From positions 71,421 through 103,420 of the forward strand of contig CAVXAS010000007.1 in assembly GCA_963759825.1 (NCBI GenBank): a stretch of DNA of 32,000 nucleotides, read 5' to 3'. Made by a program: the position numbers and the translations under genes. Positions 1-11,409 of this stretch are shown here, one piece after another. The stretch is from Paraconexibacteraceae bacterium. GTDB taxonomy: Bacteria; Actinomycetota; Thermoleophilia; Solirubrobacterales; Solirubrobacteraceae. Each line of letters opens with the position of its first letter. Within the stretch, counting starts at the first letter, position 1. A model generated the notes under the pieces. It saw nothing but the letters and a program-made list of their open reading frames with translations. It was not told where the DNA came from and made no database searches.

Positions 1-2664
<2,664 letters not shown>

Positions 2665-4763
2665 CTCCGTCGCCACTCGCGGATACCTGCTCTCGGCGTT
2701 GGTGCGCCGCCCGGCGGCGGTCGGCGTGATGCAGGGAGCCTTCTCGGGGGTCGGCGCGCTGGCGCTCAGCCCCGACGACAGGGTCCTCGCCGCGGGAGGC
2801 TTCAACGGGACGGTCGTGCTGTTCGACACGCGCACGCGCAGGCGCATCGGCCGGCCCCTGCAGCTCGTCCGGGGCGTCGGGGGCCTTGACTTCTCGTCCG
2901 ACGGCAGGTTGCTCGCGCTGGCGGGTCCGGTGGGCGAGGAGCCGGACAGTCAGCGCGTGATGCTCGTCGATATCGCCACCAGGAAGGTGGTCCGCGAGAT
3001 CGACCCCGGGCCGTATCCCGCCGGTCCCAAGGTGTTCCCGGTCGTCGATGTCCGCTTCGACGCCCGAAGCCGGGCCCTGGTCGTGATGCTCATGGGGGAT
3101 GGGTCCAGGACGGGGTCCTACCCGCCCTACCTGCGCCGCTATGACGTGCGCACCGGCCGGCCGCTGGGGCGTGCCGTCCCGATCGGCCGGCGGCTCGCTG
3201 GTGTGGCCCTGACGGTTCCCGCCCGGCGCGACCGCCTGCTCGTCTCCGGGGCCGACGAGACGTTCGTTGTCGATGCCGCAACCCTTCGCGTGCGGCGGCG
3301 GTTCCCGGTGGGAGGGTCGACCAACGGGCTCTCGCCCGACGGGCGCAGCGCCGCTCTCGGCCATGAGGACGGCAGCGTCGTCGTTCTCGATCTGCGGACC
3401 GGCAAGCTGCGGACCCTCGCCGGCCGGCACGAGGACCGGGTTCAGGGAGTGGAGTTCACCCCCGACGGTCGCACCCTCGCGAGCAGGGGAGACGACGGCC
3501 GCATCCTGATCTGGAACCTGAGGTCCGGCACGGTGCGCGAGACGCTGACCGGCCACGCCGGCCCCATCACCCGCCTGCTTGTCGGCGACGACGGGCGCAC
3601 GCTCTACACCGGCGGGGTGGACAACCGGATCATCGACTGGGACATCGCCGGGGATCGCCGCCTCGCACACTCCTTCCAGGGGGGCCCGATCCAGTCATCG
3701 GGGACGACCGATTACCCGCCCCCGCTCGCGATCAGCCCGTCCGGCCGGACCGTCGCCGCCGGGCGCGAGGACGGTGGCGTGCGCCTGCACGGTGCTCGCA
3801 CGCTGCTTCGCCTGCGCGAGTTGCCGGGCATCGAGAAGGGGCCGGTGCTCGCGGTCGAGTTCCACCCTGACGGTCGCACGATCGCCGTGACGGGCGAGGG
3901 CGGCGGGGTGGAGATGCGCGATGTTGCCACCGGCCGGCGCGTGCGGGCACCGCTGGCCGGCCTCGGCACCGGGGCGCAGGCGCTGGCGTTCTCGCCCGGC
4001 GGCGGTCTCCTCGCCGTGGCGGATTTGGACGGCAACCTGCGGGTGATGGAGCTGGCGACCGGCGACGTCCGTCGGGTGCCGCGGCTGGCCGGCATTCCGA
4101 TCCACGTGTCGTTCAGTCCCGACGGCAAGCTGCTGGCGCTCGGGCTCGCTGATCGCGGCACCGAGCTGCGCGACAGCCGCTCGCTGCGGATCGTCGCCCG
4201 CCTGCGCGGTGGGCCCGGCGACACAGCTCGCTGGGTTCGCTTCTCCCCGGACGGGCGCGTGCTGGCCGTCAGCGCCATCGAGGGATACACGCAACTGTGG
4301 GACGTCGTGACGCGCCGGCGCATCGGCACACCCCTGGCGGGTCACGAGTTCGACGTGCTCAACGCCGAGTTCTCGCCGGACGGGCGTGTGCTCGCCTCCA
4401 GTGGAGTCGACGGCACCGTGATCCTCTGGGACGTCGCGTCGCGTCGCGCGCTCGGAACGCTCCCCGGACCCTTCGGCCGGGCGTCGGCCCGCTTCACACC
4501 TGACGGCCGCCAGCTCTTCGTGCTGCGCGATTCGGGCGCGGCGCAGCGTTGGGAGGTGAGCCCGGAGGCCTGGTCGCGACACGCCTGTCGCGTGGCGGCT
4601 CGCGCGCTGACGCGCGCGGAGTGGGCCGAGTTCGTGCCGGATCAGCCCTTCCGCCCGATCTGCGGCGCCTAGCCTGGGCGCAAGCTCGGCCTTCCCCACC
4701 GGTAACGACATCGGCCCCGAGCGGCCCATACCGCGATGCCGGCCGCCGGCGCAGGATGACGGC

Positions 4764-5381
4764 ATGACCACTCGCACCCATTCGTTGCTGCTGACCGGCC
4801 TGCTCCTTGCGGCGACGGCCGCCGCCGGTTGCGGATCGGACGACAAGCCCGCCGCCAAGACCGCCAGCGAGCGCCCGGCCAAGGTCGACCTCGCGCAGTT
4901 CCTGATGCGCGACGACGAGCAGCCCGGATTCCGCCGCGTCGAGAGCATCATCACCGAGACGGGCGTCGCGACCTTCGCGAAGACCAACTCGCTGCCGCCG
5001 GCCGACGCGCGCCGGCTGCGCCGCGACGGGTTCATCTCGATCACCGTGCAGCCGATCGACGGCCCCGGCACGCGCGGCGTCACCAACGTGCAGCTGTTCA
5101 AGACCGCGAGCGGCGCACGGGACTGGCTCGCGGCCGAGCAGCGCGCAACGCTGATCCACGGCATCTTCCCCGGCGCGAAGATCCGGCGCTTCACCGTTCC
5201 CGGCATCCCCGGCGCGCGCGGCTGGGCCGCCGCCGACGTCGGCAACGTCCACTGGGTCCAGGGCCGCTGCCTGCTCGTCCTCGGCAACCAGGGCGCCGGC
5301 CCGTTCGCCGCTCCGCTCGCGACCGGCGCGCGCGCGATCTACAAGCGCACGCAGGGCCAGTGCCCCGGAGGTTCACGATGA
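4764..5381 (+). CDS. Hypothetical lipoprotein
   Basis: N-terminal signal peptide with a lipobox-like LLAATAAAG|C followed by GSDDKPAAK. The frame is GC3-rich. No family recognised. Confidence 0.7.
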   Translation: MTTRTHSLLLTGLLLAATAAAGCGSDDKPAAKTASERPAKVDLAQFLMRDDEQPGFRRVESIITETGVATFAKTNSLPPADARRLRRDGFISITVQPIDGPGTRGVTNVQLFKTASGARDWLAAEQRATLIHGIFPGAKIRRFTVPGIPGARGWAAADVGNVHWVQGRCLLVLGNQGAGPFAAPLATGARAIYKRTQGQCPGGSR

Positions 5382-5565
5382 CCTCCACCCGCACGATCCT
5401 CAAGACGAGCGCCGCCGCCGCTGCGGCGGTCGCGGCCACATCAACAACGCCGCGGGCGCGTCTGCGAACGCCTACAACGTGCCGCACACGGTGACCGCGG
5501 TCTGCAACAAGGACCACGGACTCAAACTCGCCACTCGCGAGACTCGAGCGGCCCGGGCGTGGTGA
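5378..5565 (+). pseudogene. Possible small secreted protein gene disrupted by a -1 frame change near 5437
   Basis: The ATG at 5378 overlaps the upstream stop as ATGA. The GC3-rich frame encodes the signal-like MTSTRTILKTSAAAAAAVAA up to about 5437, after which GC3 collapses in this frame. The -1 frame then becomes GC3-rich (HINNAAGASANAYNVPHTVTAVCNKDHGLKL...W, stop 5563-5565). Confidence 0.25.
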
Positions 5566-5622
5566 CGACACGACATGCGCGTTCGGTGTAGGCGGTGCGT
5601 TTTAGCATGATAAGGTGCAGGT

Positions 5623-5862
5623 ATGCCCAAGACCATCCAGATCCGCGATGTGGACGACGACGTCTACGACGGCCTGCGCCGCCGAGCCGCCGAGCAGGGC
5701 GTCACCGTGCCCGAGCTCCTGCGCGCGGAGGCCTCGCGGATTGCGGCGCGGCCGAGCATCGAGACCTGGCTTGCGTCGACGCGGCGGCGCTCGTCGGCGA
5801 TCGGCGGCGACGACGTCGTCGCGGTGCTGAACGAGCTTCGCTCCGACGATGCTGGTCGTTGA
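5623..5862 (+). CDS. vapB: Type II antitoxin, ribbon-helix-helix/FitA-like (VapB-type)
   Basis: MPKTIQIRDVDDDVYDGLRRRAAEQGVTVPELLR is a typical RHH antitoxin N-terminus. The gene overlaps the following PIN gene by 14 nt. Confidence 0.8.
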   Translation: MPKTIQIRDVDDDVYDGLRRRAAEQGVTVPELLRAEASRIAARPSIETWLASTRRRSSAIGGDDVVAVLNELRSDDAGR

Positions 5863-6241
5863 CGCCTCGTGTCTGGCGGAGGTCGTGCTCGCTGGACCGG
5901 ACGCGGACCGGGTCCGACGGCAGCTGGCCGCTGATCCCGAGCAGACCGCTCCGCATCTGATCGACGCTGAGGTGCTCGGCGTCGTCCGCCGCGTGCACCT
6001 GCGCGGGCAGCTGGATCTGACCGCAGCACGGCAGGCAATCGACGACCTCGAGACCTGGCCGGCTGAGCGCGTGGATCATCGCGCGCTGCTGTCGCGCGCG
6101 TGGGAGCTCCGTGATTCGCTCACCGCCGCCGACGCGCTCTACGTCGCACTCGCGGAGGCACTTGACGCGCCGCTGTTGACGCTCGACCGCCGGCTCGCCC
6201 GTGCGGACGGGCCGCGCTGCACGATCACGGTTCCGGGCTGA
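5849..6241 (+). CDS. vapC: PIN-domain ribonuclease toxin VapC
   Basis: MLVVDASCLAEVVL carries the first acidic residue. TAADALYVALAEALDAPLLTLDRRL is a typical VapC C-terminal motif. Size is 130 aa, and the gene is paired with the upstream antitoxin. Confidence 0.9.
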   Translation: MLVVDASCLAEVVLAGPDADRVRRQLAADPEQTAPHLIDAEVLGVVRRVHLRGQLDLTAARQAIDDLETWPAERVDHRALLSRAWELRDSLTAADALYVALAEALDAPLLTLDRRLARADGPRCTITVPG

Positions 6242-6307
6242 ACCGGCCCGCGCTGACGGCGCTCCAGCGGATCTCGCCGCGCGGCAAGCCACGCCACCGG
6301 ACTGCAG

Positions 6308-6637
6308 ATGGACAACTACGCCACGCGCACGGTCTGCTCGACACCTAACGCGGTGACGTTGAGCGACCTGCAGAGCGCGATCCCGATGCCGTCTCCCGAG
6401 CCGGGTGTGTGGTGCTACCGGGGTGAGGGCGCGGGCCTCAACGACGCTACGGGCACGGAGCGCAACTCGTCGAACCGTTACATGACCGGCTCGCGCCGCT
6501 GCCACGTCATCATCGCCAACGGCTATGAGACCTACGCCGCCAAGCGTCCGGCGACCAAGGGCTACCCGGCCCGCGTCGACATCCACAGCCCGATCGTCTG
6601 GCGACCGGTCGCCGCCAACGTCGCGATCGCCAACTGA
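6308..6637 (+). CDS. Hypothetical protein (109 aa)
   Basis: GC3-rich frame with a non-repetitive composition (MDNYATRTVCSTPNAVTLSDLQ...). The frame opens at 6257 with no earlier canonical start. No family recognised. Confidence 0.55.
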   Translation: MDNYATRTVCSTPNAVTLSDLQSAIPMPSPEPGVWCYRGEGAGLNDATGTERNSSNRYMTGSRRCHVIIANGYETYAAKRPATKGYPARVDIHSPIVWRPVAANVAIAN

Positions 6638-6740
6638 TCGGCAACCACGACTTTTTGGCGTGAGACCGTTGCGACATGCAGCCCCTGACCAGCCGGCATG
6701 GACGAAGCAGGGTGATGCGCTCGGTGACCGCGCGCACGGG

Positions 6741-6769
6741 TTGACGACGGCGCAAGGCCGGTGTACGGT
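6741..6769 (+). promoter_or_regulatory. Candidate sigma-70-type promoter of the TetR operon
   Basis: TTGACG (6741-6746), a 17-nt spacer, then TACGGT (6764-6769, fits TAnnnT). It lies 45 nt upstream of GTG 6814. Confidence 0.35.
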
Positions 6770-6779
6770 CCCATAACGC

Positions 6780-6793
6780 TCGTTACGTAACGA
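6780..6793. promoter_or_regulatory. Perfect 14-bp palindrome TCGTTACGTAACGA, candidate TetR operator
   Basis: The sequence is self-complementary. It sits between the putative -10 and the TetR start codon. An extra CGTTACGG half-site lies at 6795-6802. Confidence 0.55.
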
Positions 6794-6813
6794 CCGTTAC
6801 GGCGTACCGGCAC

Positions 6814-7422
6814 GTGGCCCGCACGAACAGAAACCCCGAAGCTCGCACGCGCATCGTCGAGGCCGCGTGGCGCCTGGTCGCCGCCGAGGGCGTGCACTCC
6901 GCGACGATGCGCAAGATCGCGGCCGAGGCCGGTGTCACGACCGGCTTCGTCACGCACTACTACGACGACAAGCAGGCCATGCTCGGCGACATGCTGCGCC
7001 ACAACAACCTGCGCGCCCGCGACCGCGTCGTCGCCGCGATCGGCGAGCATCGCGGGCTCGTCGCGCTGGAGGGCGCCGTCGAGGCGATGCTGCCGCTCGA
7101 CGCCGATCGCCGGCGCGAGTGGCAGGTCGGCGTCGCCTGCTGGGGCCCGACGGCTCCAGGCGAGCGGGCCGCCGAGGAGCTGCGCGGCGGCTGGCGTTAC
7201 CTCGAGAAGTTGCTCGCGACGCTGCTCGAGCAGGCCGTCGCGGACGGCGAGCTGCCCGGCACGATCGACATCCGCTACGAGGCGGGGCGCCTGGTGACCC
7301 TGATCGCGGGCGTCGGCATGCTCGCCGGCATCGAGTCGCCGCAGCGGATCCGCCGCGACGCCAAGCGGATGCTCGCCGACCAGCTCGCGACGTTGGACAG
7401 GACAGAGGAGATCAACGCATGA
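6814..7422 (+). CDS. TetR/AcrR family transcriptional regulator
   Basis: N-terminal HTH RTRIVEAAWRLVAAEGVHSATMRKIAAEAGVTTGFVTHYY; GTG start; about 200 aa. Confidence 0.9.
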   Translation: MARTNRNPEARTRIVEAAWRLVAAEGVHSATMRKIAAEAGVTTGFVTHYYDDKQAMLGDMLRHNNLRARDRVVAAIGEHRGLVALEGAVEAMLPLDADRRREWQVGVACWGPTAPGERAAEELRGGWRYLEKLLATLLEQAVADGELPGTIDIRYEAGRLVTLIAGVGMLAGIESPQRIRRDAKRMLADQLATLDRTEEINA

Positions 7423-8624
7423 CCGAGATGACGCGGCGCAGGCTGCTCGGCGCGGGCGCCGCGGCCGGCGCGAGCATGTACCTGCCGAGCTGGTCGTGGG
7501 CCGGCGCCCAGTCGGTGGCGGGCTTGGGCGGCGCCACGCCGCCGTGGCTGGTCTGGGACGACGAGGCCGACGCGGTCATCGCCGCCGTCATCGAGCGCGG
7601 CGAGGTGGCCGCGGTCAACGCGCTGCTGCGCGGCTGGACGAAGAACGCCCAGGCGCTGCCGCCCGGGCTGCCCGCCGACCTGCGCGAGTTCATCGAGCAC
7701 GCCCGGCGGCTGCCGTCGTGGGCGGACACCGCCAAGCTCAAGGGCGCGGTGACGTTCAACAAGAAGCGCGGCACATACCTGGGCATCGCCTACGGCTTCG
7801 TCAGCGGCATGATGAGCACGGTCATCCCGCACGAGGCGCGCGCGGTCTACTACTCCAAGGGCGGCGCCGACATGAAGCGCCGGATCTCGCGCACCGCGAA
7901 GTTCGGCTATGACATCGGCTCGCTCGGCGGCTTTCACGAGCCCGGTGGCGAGATGATCGTCACCGCCGTCAAGACGCGGATGGCGCACGCCGGCGTCCGT
8001 CACCTGCTGCCGCAGTCGTCGCACTGGCAGGCCGCCGCCGACGAGCCCAAGCCGATCAGCCAGCGCGACATCCTCGTCACGTGGCACAGCCTGCCGACGT
8101 CGGTGATGCGCTCGATGAAGCAGTGGGGCGTCAAGGTCCCGGCCGCCGAGGCCGACGCCTTCCTGCACTCCTGGCAGGTCGCCGCGCACATGCTCGGCGT
8201 CAAGGACGAGTACATCCCCGCGACGTGGGACGCCGCCAACGCGCAGGCGCCGCAGATCCTCGACCCGGTGCTCGCACCGACGCCCGAGGGGATCAAGCTC
8301 GCCGACTTCCTGCTCGACCTCGCCGCCGAGACCGACGGCGGCGTCATCACGCGCCCGCTGCTCGAGTCGCTGACGCGCTACTTCCTCGGGCCGCAGATCG
8401 CCGGATGGCTGCAGATTCCGCGCCACCCGGGTCAGGACGAGCTGCTCGCCATCAGCTGGCCGCAGTTCGTGCGCCTGAAGGAGGCCGGCCTGCTGCTGCC
8501 CGGCGTCAGCGAGCTGTACTGGGTGTTCGACGAGATCCTGCGCCAGGGCGCGCTGTGGTACCTGGGCGAGGGGCAGCGCCTCTCCATCGAGATCCCCGGC
8601 GCCAACAACCCGAACCTCTCCTGA
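7419..8624 (+). CDS. Tat-secreted protein, possibly DUF2236/MpaB-like oxygenase family
   Basis: The ATG at 7419 overlaps the TetR TGA (ATGA). Twin-arginine signal: MTEMTRRRLLGAGAAAGASMYLPSWSWA. The internal RTAKF...VKTRMAHAGVRHLL stretch is reminiscent (from memory) of DUF2236. The upstream part of ORF 6867-8624 is a shadow of the TetR gene. Confidence 0.7.
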   Translation: MTEMTRRRLLGAGAAAGASMYLPSWSWAGAQSVAGLGGATPPWLVWDDEADAVIAAVIERGEVAAVNALLRGWTKNAQALPPGLPADLREFIEHARRLPSWADTAKLKGAVTFNKKRGTYLGIAYGFVSGMMSTVIPHEARAVYYSKGGADMKRRISRTAKFGYDIGSLGGFHEPGGEMIVTAVKTRMAHAGVRHLLPQSSHWQAAADEPKPISQRDILVTWHSLPTSVMRSMKQWGVKVPAAEADAFLHSWQVAAHMLGVKDEYIPATWDAANAQAPQILDPVLAPTPEGIKLADFLLDLAAETDGGVITRPLLESLTRYFLGPQIAGWLQIPRHPGQDELLAISWPQFVRLKEAGLLLPGVSELYWVFDEILRQGALWYLGEGQRLSIEIPGANNPNLS

Positions 8625-8630
8625 GCGCGC

Positions 8631-9893
8631 TCAGCCGCGCCCGCAGACGCGCACGCGGCGCGTCGTATGCCGCGCGCGCCCGCCGCGCCGCCCGCTGATG
8701 CGCAGCGTGACGGTGCGGGCGCGCTTGGCGGGCGCGATCGTCGCGGTGCGGCGGCGGACCTTCACGCGCCGGCCGTTGGCGAGCACGCGTAGCCGCGTCC
8801 AGCGGGGGAGCGTCACGCGGCGGGCGGGGCACGCCGCTGGCGCGGGCGCAACCGGGGCAGGCGCCTCGGCGCACGGCAGCGACGTCTCGCTCTTCGTGAA
8901 GCGCCGCAGGAACGCCCAGGCGATCTCGGCGCCGCTCGGCGCCGTCGGGTCGCTGTTGTACGCCGGGTCGCTCGTCCCGCCGGGCCAGGAATGGGCCATG
9001 CCGTCGATGATCGTGCGCTCGCCGACGAGGCAGCCGTCGGGGTCGCGGTACGTGCTGACGGTGTAGCTGCGGCCGCCGGGCTTCTGCTCCTTGCGCACGG
9101 TCGCCGGGGCCAGCGAGAGCGGAGCGGTCTGGCCGCCGCTGATGGCGAGGTTGTTGGTGCGCAGTCCCTGCTCCATCGCGTTGTCCGAGCAGGCCGCGGG
9201 GAACGCCAGGTCGCCCGTGGAGCCGATGACGAAGCGCGGGACGACGCGGGCGCGATCGCCCATCGCCGCGAACGCGAGCTGCGCGGTCAGCGCGGCTGGG
9301 AGGCTGATGCCGGTCGTGAAGCACGACGCGTCGGCATATCCCGCCGACGCGATGATCCCGACCGCCGCGTACAGGTCGGAGTAGGCCGACGCGTTGGCGG
9401 ATGTCATCAGCCCGCCCGCCGAGATGCCGACGAGGTAGACGCGCTCGGCGTCGATGTCGCGCTCGGCCATGACCGCGCGCGTCATGTCGGCGATCGCGGC
9501 CGTGTCGCTGTTGCCACGGAAGTAGGCAGGCGGATAGGGGAACTTCCAGCACTGGTTCAGCGGACCGGGCAGCGCGCGGCCGATCGCGTCGACGTCGGGG
9601 TACATCAGGACGAAGCCCTCGCGCTCGGCGATCACGGTGAGGCGGTCGGTGCGCAGTTCCTGCTCCGCGGTTGTCTGGCAGCCGTGCGCCACCACCAGCA
9701 GCGGCGCGGCGCGGCCGGGCTGGTAGGTCGTCGGCGTGTAGAGGAGGTAGCGGTACTCGCTGCCGCCGGACGTGAGCGCGGCCGGCGTGGTCTGCCCGGG
9801 ATCGGGCGGGTCGGCAGCCGCGCCGGCGACGCCGGGGCAGGCAGACAGACCAACCACCAGCGCGCACGCCATCCCTCCGACCGCCCTCCGCAT
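8631..9893 (-). CDS. Secreted alpha/beta esterase, PHB-depolymerase/LpqC-like family
   Basis: Signal peptide MRRAVGGMACALVVGLSACPGVAGA. Family-like motifs YLLYTPTTYQPGRAAPLLVVAHGC and nucleophile elbow GISAGG. The C-terminal Pro/Ala linker plus a highly basic ~70-aa tail is unassigned. Confidence 0.85.
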   Translation of the reverse strand: MRRAVGGMACALVVGLSACPGVAGAAADPPDPGQTTPAALTSGGSEYRYLLYTPTTYQPGRAAPLLVVAHGCQTTAEQELRTDRLTVIAEREGFVLMYPDVDAIGRALPGPLNQCWKFPYPPAYFRGNSDTAAIADMTRAVMAERDIDAERVYLVGISAGGLMTSANASAYSDLYAAVGIIASAGYADASCFTTGISLPAALTAQLAFAAMGDRARVVPRFVIGSTGDLAFPAACSDNAMEQGLRTNNLAISGGQTAPLSLAPATVRKEQKPGGRSYTVSTYRDPDGCLVGERTIIDGMAHSWPGGTSDPAYNSDPTAPSGAEIAWAFLRRFTKSETSLPCAEAPAPVAPAPAACPARRVTLPRWTRLRVLANGRRVKVRRRTATIAPAKRARTVTLRISGRRGGRARHTTRRVRVCGRG

Positions 9894-9934
9894 GCCCGCG
9901 AGGATACGGCGGTCGTTCTGGGTACGCGGAGGTC

Positions 9935-10651
9935 GTGATGAACGACGACTCCAAGAAGCTGCCAGCGGTGGTCGACAGAGCCACCTGGCAGGCCGAACGC
10001 GACGCGCTGCTCGTCCGGGAGAAGGCGCACCTGCGCGAACGTGATGCGCTCGCGGCGGCCCGCCGGCGGCTGCCGATGGTCGAGGTCGACCCCGCGATCA
10101 CGCTGGTCGGCGCCGACGGACCGGTGACGCTGCTGGACGTGTTCGAGGGTCGCGAGCAGCTGATCGCCTACTTCCACATGTGGTTCGCCGGCGAGCCCTT
10201 CGAGGCCCAGTGCGAGGGCTGCACGTTCTCCAACGGGCAGGTGCGCGAGCTGTCCTACCTGCACGCCCGCGACGTCACCTACGCCACGTTCTGCCAGGGA
10301 CGCTACGACGAGAGCGTGCGCTACCGCGACCTCATGGGCTGGGACGTGCCGTGGTATTCGGCGCACGAGTCGGCCGACGCGCTGCTCGCCGGGCGCCCGT
10401 TTCGCGCCGGCCCGCTGGTGTGTTACCTGCGAGACGACGACCGGGTGTTCGAGACGTACTGGACCAGCGACCGCGGCCTCGAGCCGATGGCCCCCACCCA
10501 CGGGCTGCTCGACATGACCGTCTACGGCCGGCAGGAGACGTGGGAGGACTCGCCGCCTGGCTGGCCCCAAGACTGGGTTGCCGACGGCGATCAGTGGCGC
10601 ACCGACGGACGCCCCACCGCACAGCTGTCGCGGCTCCAAGCCAGACGTTAA
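9935..10651 (+). CDS. DUF899 thioredoxin-like family protein
   Basis: Motifs RATWQAERDALLVREKAHLRERDALAAARRRLPMV..., YFHMW and TYWTSDRG are typical of DUF899. The start is GTG 9935 or ATG 9938. Confidence 0.85.
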   Translation: MMNDDSKKLPAVVDRATWQAERDALLVREKAHLRERDALAAARRRLPMVEVDPAITLVGADGPVTLLDVFEGREQLIAYFHMWFAGEPFEAQCEGCTFSNGQVRELSYLHARDVTYATFCQGRYDESVRYRDLMGWDVPWYSAHESADALLAGRPFRAGPLVCYLRDDDRVFETYWTSDRGLEPMAPTHGLLDMTVYGRQETWEDSPPGWPQDWVADGDQWRTDGRPTAQLSRLQARR

Positions 10652-11172
10652 GAGGGCATCAGGCAGGTCAGCCCTTCGGCGGCCGCTGCGGCGTTGAGCT
10701 CGCCGTCGAGGCAGACGAACCCCGTGGCACCGGTGACGTCGGCGGCGCGTAGGGCGCTCGCGAGCTGCACGGCGTCGTATCCACGCAGCGCGTGGGTCGC
10801 GGCGAGTCTGGCCGCGGTCGCCACCAGCGCGCGGTCGATGTCGAGGACCGCCGAGGTCGACCAGATCCGCTCGAAGCTCTCCCACGCCTTGCGTTCCGAA
10901 CGTGCTGTGAGACGCCGCCCCCGCCGCGCCCGCGCCAGCGCTGCCCTTGCCTCGACTTCGGAGATCGCGGACGCGACGACGATCTCCTGCTCGATCACCA
11001 GCGCGCGGATCCGCGGCGCGGTGCCCTCGCCAAGGATGAGCGCGACCAATGCGCTCGTGTCGAAGAATGCGCTCAGCGTCGATCCTCGATCACCTGCTGA
11101 GACACCGGCGGACCGTCGTCGCGCACGAGCGCCGACACGTCGGCCGGTGCGTACGTCGAAACGGCCGGCCAT
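10648..11172 (-). CDS. vapC: PIN-domain toxin (VapC-like); start codon unresolved
   Basis: FFDTSALVALI and THALRGYDAVQLASAL; a paralog of 18563-18982. The longest ORF starts at ATG 11172, giving a 100-nt overlap with the antitoxin gene. PIN homology begins at LSAFFDTSAL, where CTG (11076-11074) overlaps the antitoxin TGA as CTGA. Confidence 0.85.
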   Translation of the reverse strand: MAGRFDVRTGRRVGARARRRSAGVSAGDRGSTLSAFFDTSALVALILGEGTAPRIRALVIEQEIVVASAISEVEARAALARARRGRRLTARSERKAWESFERIWSTSAVLDIDRALVATAARLAATHALRGYDAVQLASALRAADVTGATGFVCLDGELNAAAAAEGLTCLMPS

Positions 11173-11342
11173 GTCATCAGCCCCTCGTCGACGAGGCGCT
11201 GCACGCGGCTCGGCGCGCCAACAGGACCGATCCGCGCGACCGGCGTGCCGCGCCGGGTCACGACGATCGTCTCACCGGCCTGGGCGGCCTCGACGATCGC
11301 GCTCGCATCACGCTTGAGCTCCTTGATCCCGACACGGCGCAT
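11073..11342 (-). CDS. vapB: Phd/YefM-type antitoxin
   Basis: MRRVGIKELKRDASAIVEAAQAGETIVVTRRGTPVARI is a typical Phd/YefM N-terminus. It lies upstream of and overlaps the PIN gene. Confidence 0.85.
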   Translation of the reverse strand: MRRVGIKELKRDASAIVEAAQAGETIVVTRRGTPVARIGPVGAPSRVQRLVDEGLMTWPAVSTYAPADVSALVRDDGPPVSQQVIEDRR

Positions 11343-11374
11343 GTGACCACTTTAGCGCACGAAGTGATCACTTT
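11343..11374. promoter_or_regulatory. Two 11-bp direct repeats GTGA(C/T)CACTTT spaced 21 bp apart, candidate TA operator
   Basis: The repeats are at 11343-11353 and 11364-11374, directly upstream of the antitoxin ATG (11342, minus strand). The second repeat contains the palindrome GTGATCAC. Confidence 0.4.
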
Positions 11375-11409
11375 CCGCCGAAGCCGGGGCCGTTCAGTAC
11401 GGTCGCAGC

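Noticed and set aside
6628-6660. A T5 run (6652-6656) after the 109-aa ORF, as a possible intrinsic terminator.
   Set aside because: The only stem I could pair (CGCCAA/TTGGCG) encloses a 21-nt loop and uses part of the T-run. This is a weak terminator geometry.
10648-10651. Convergent genes sharing stop-codon nucleotides: TTAA at 10648-10651 (DUF899/PIN), and abutting TAG-CTA at 20507-20512 (monooxygenase/CNB-PLP fusion).
   Set aside because: These are real in the sequence, but they are most simply a by-product of compact gene packing. I see no additional structure suggesting a dedicated function.
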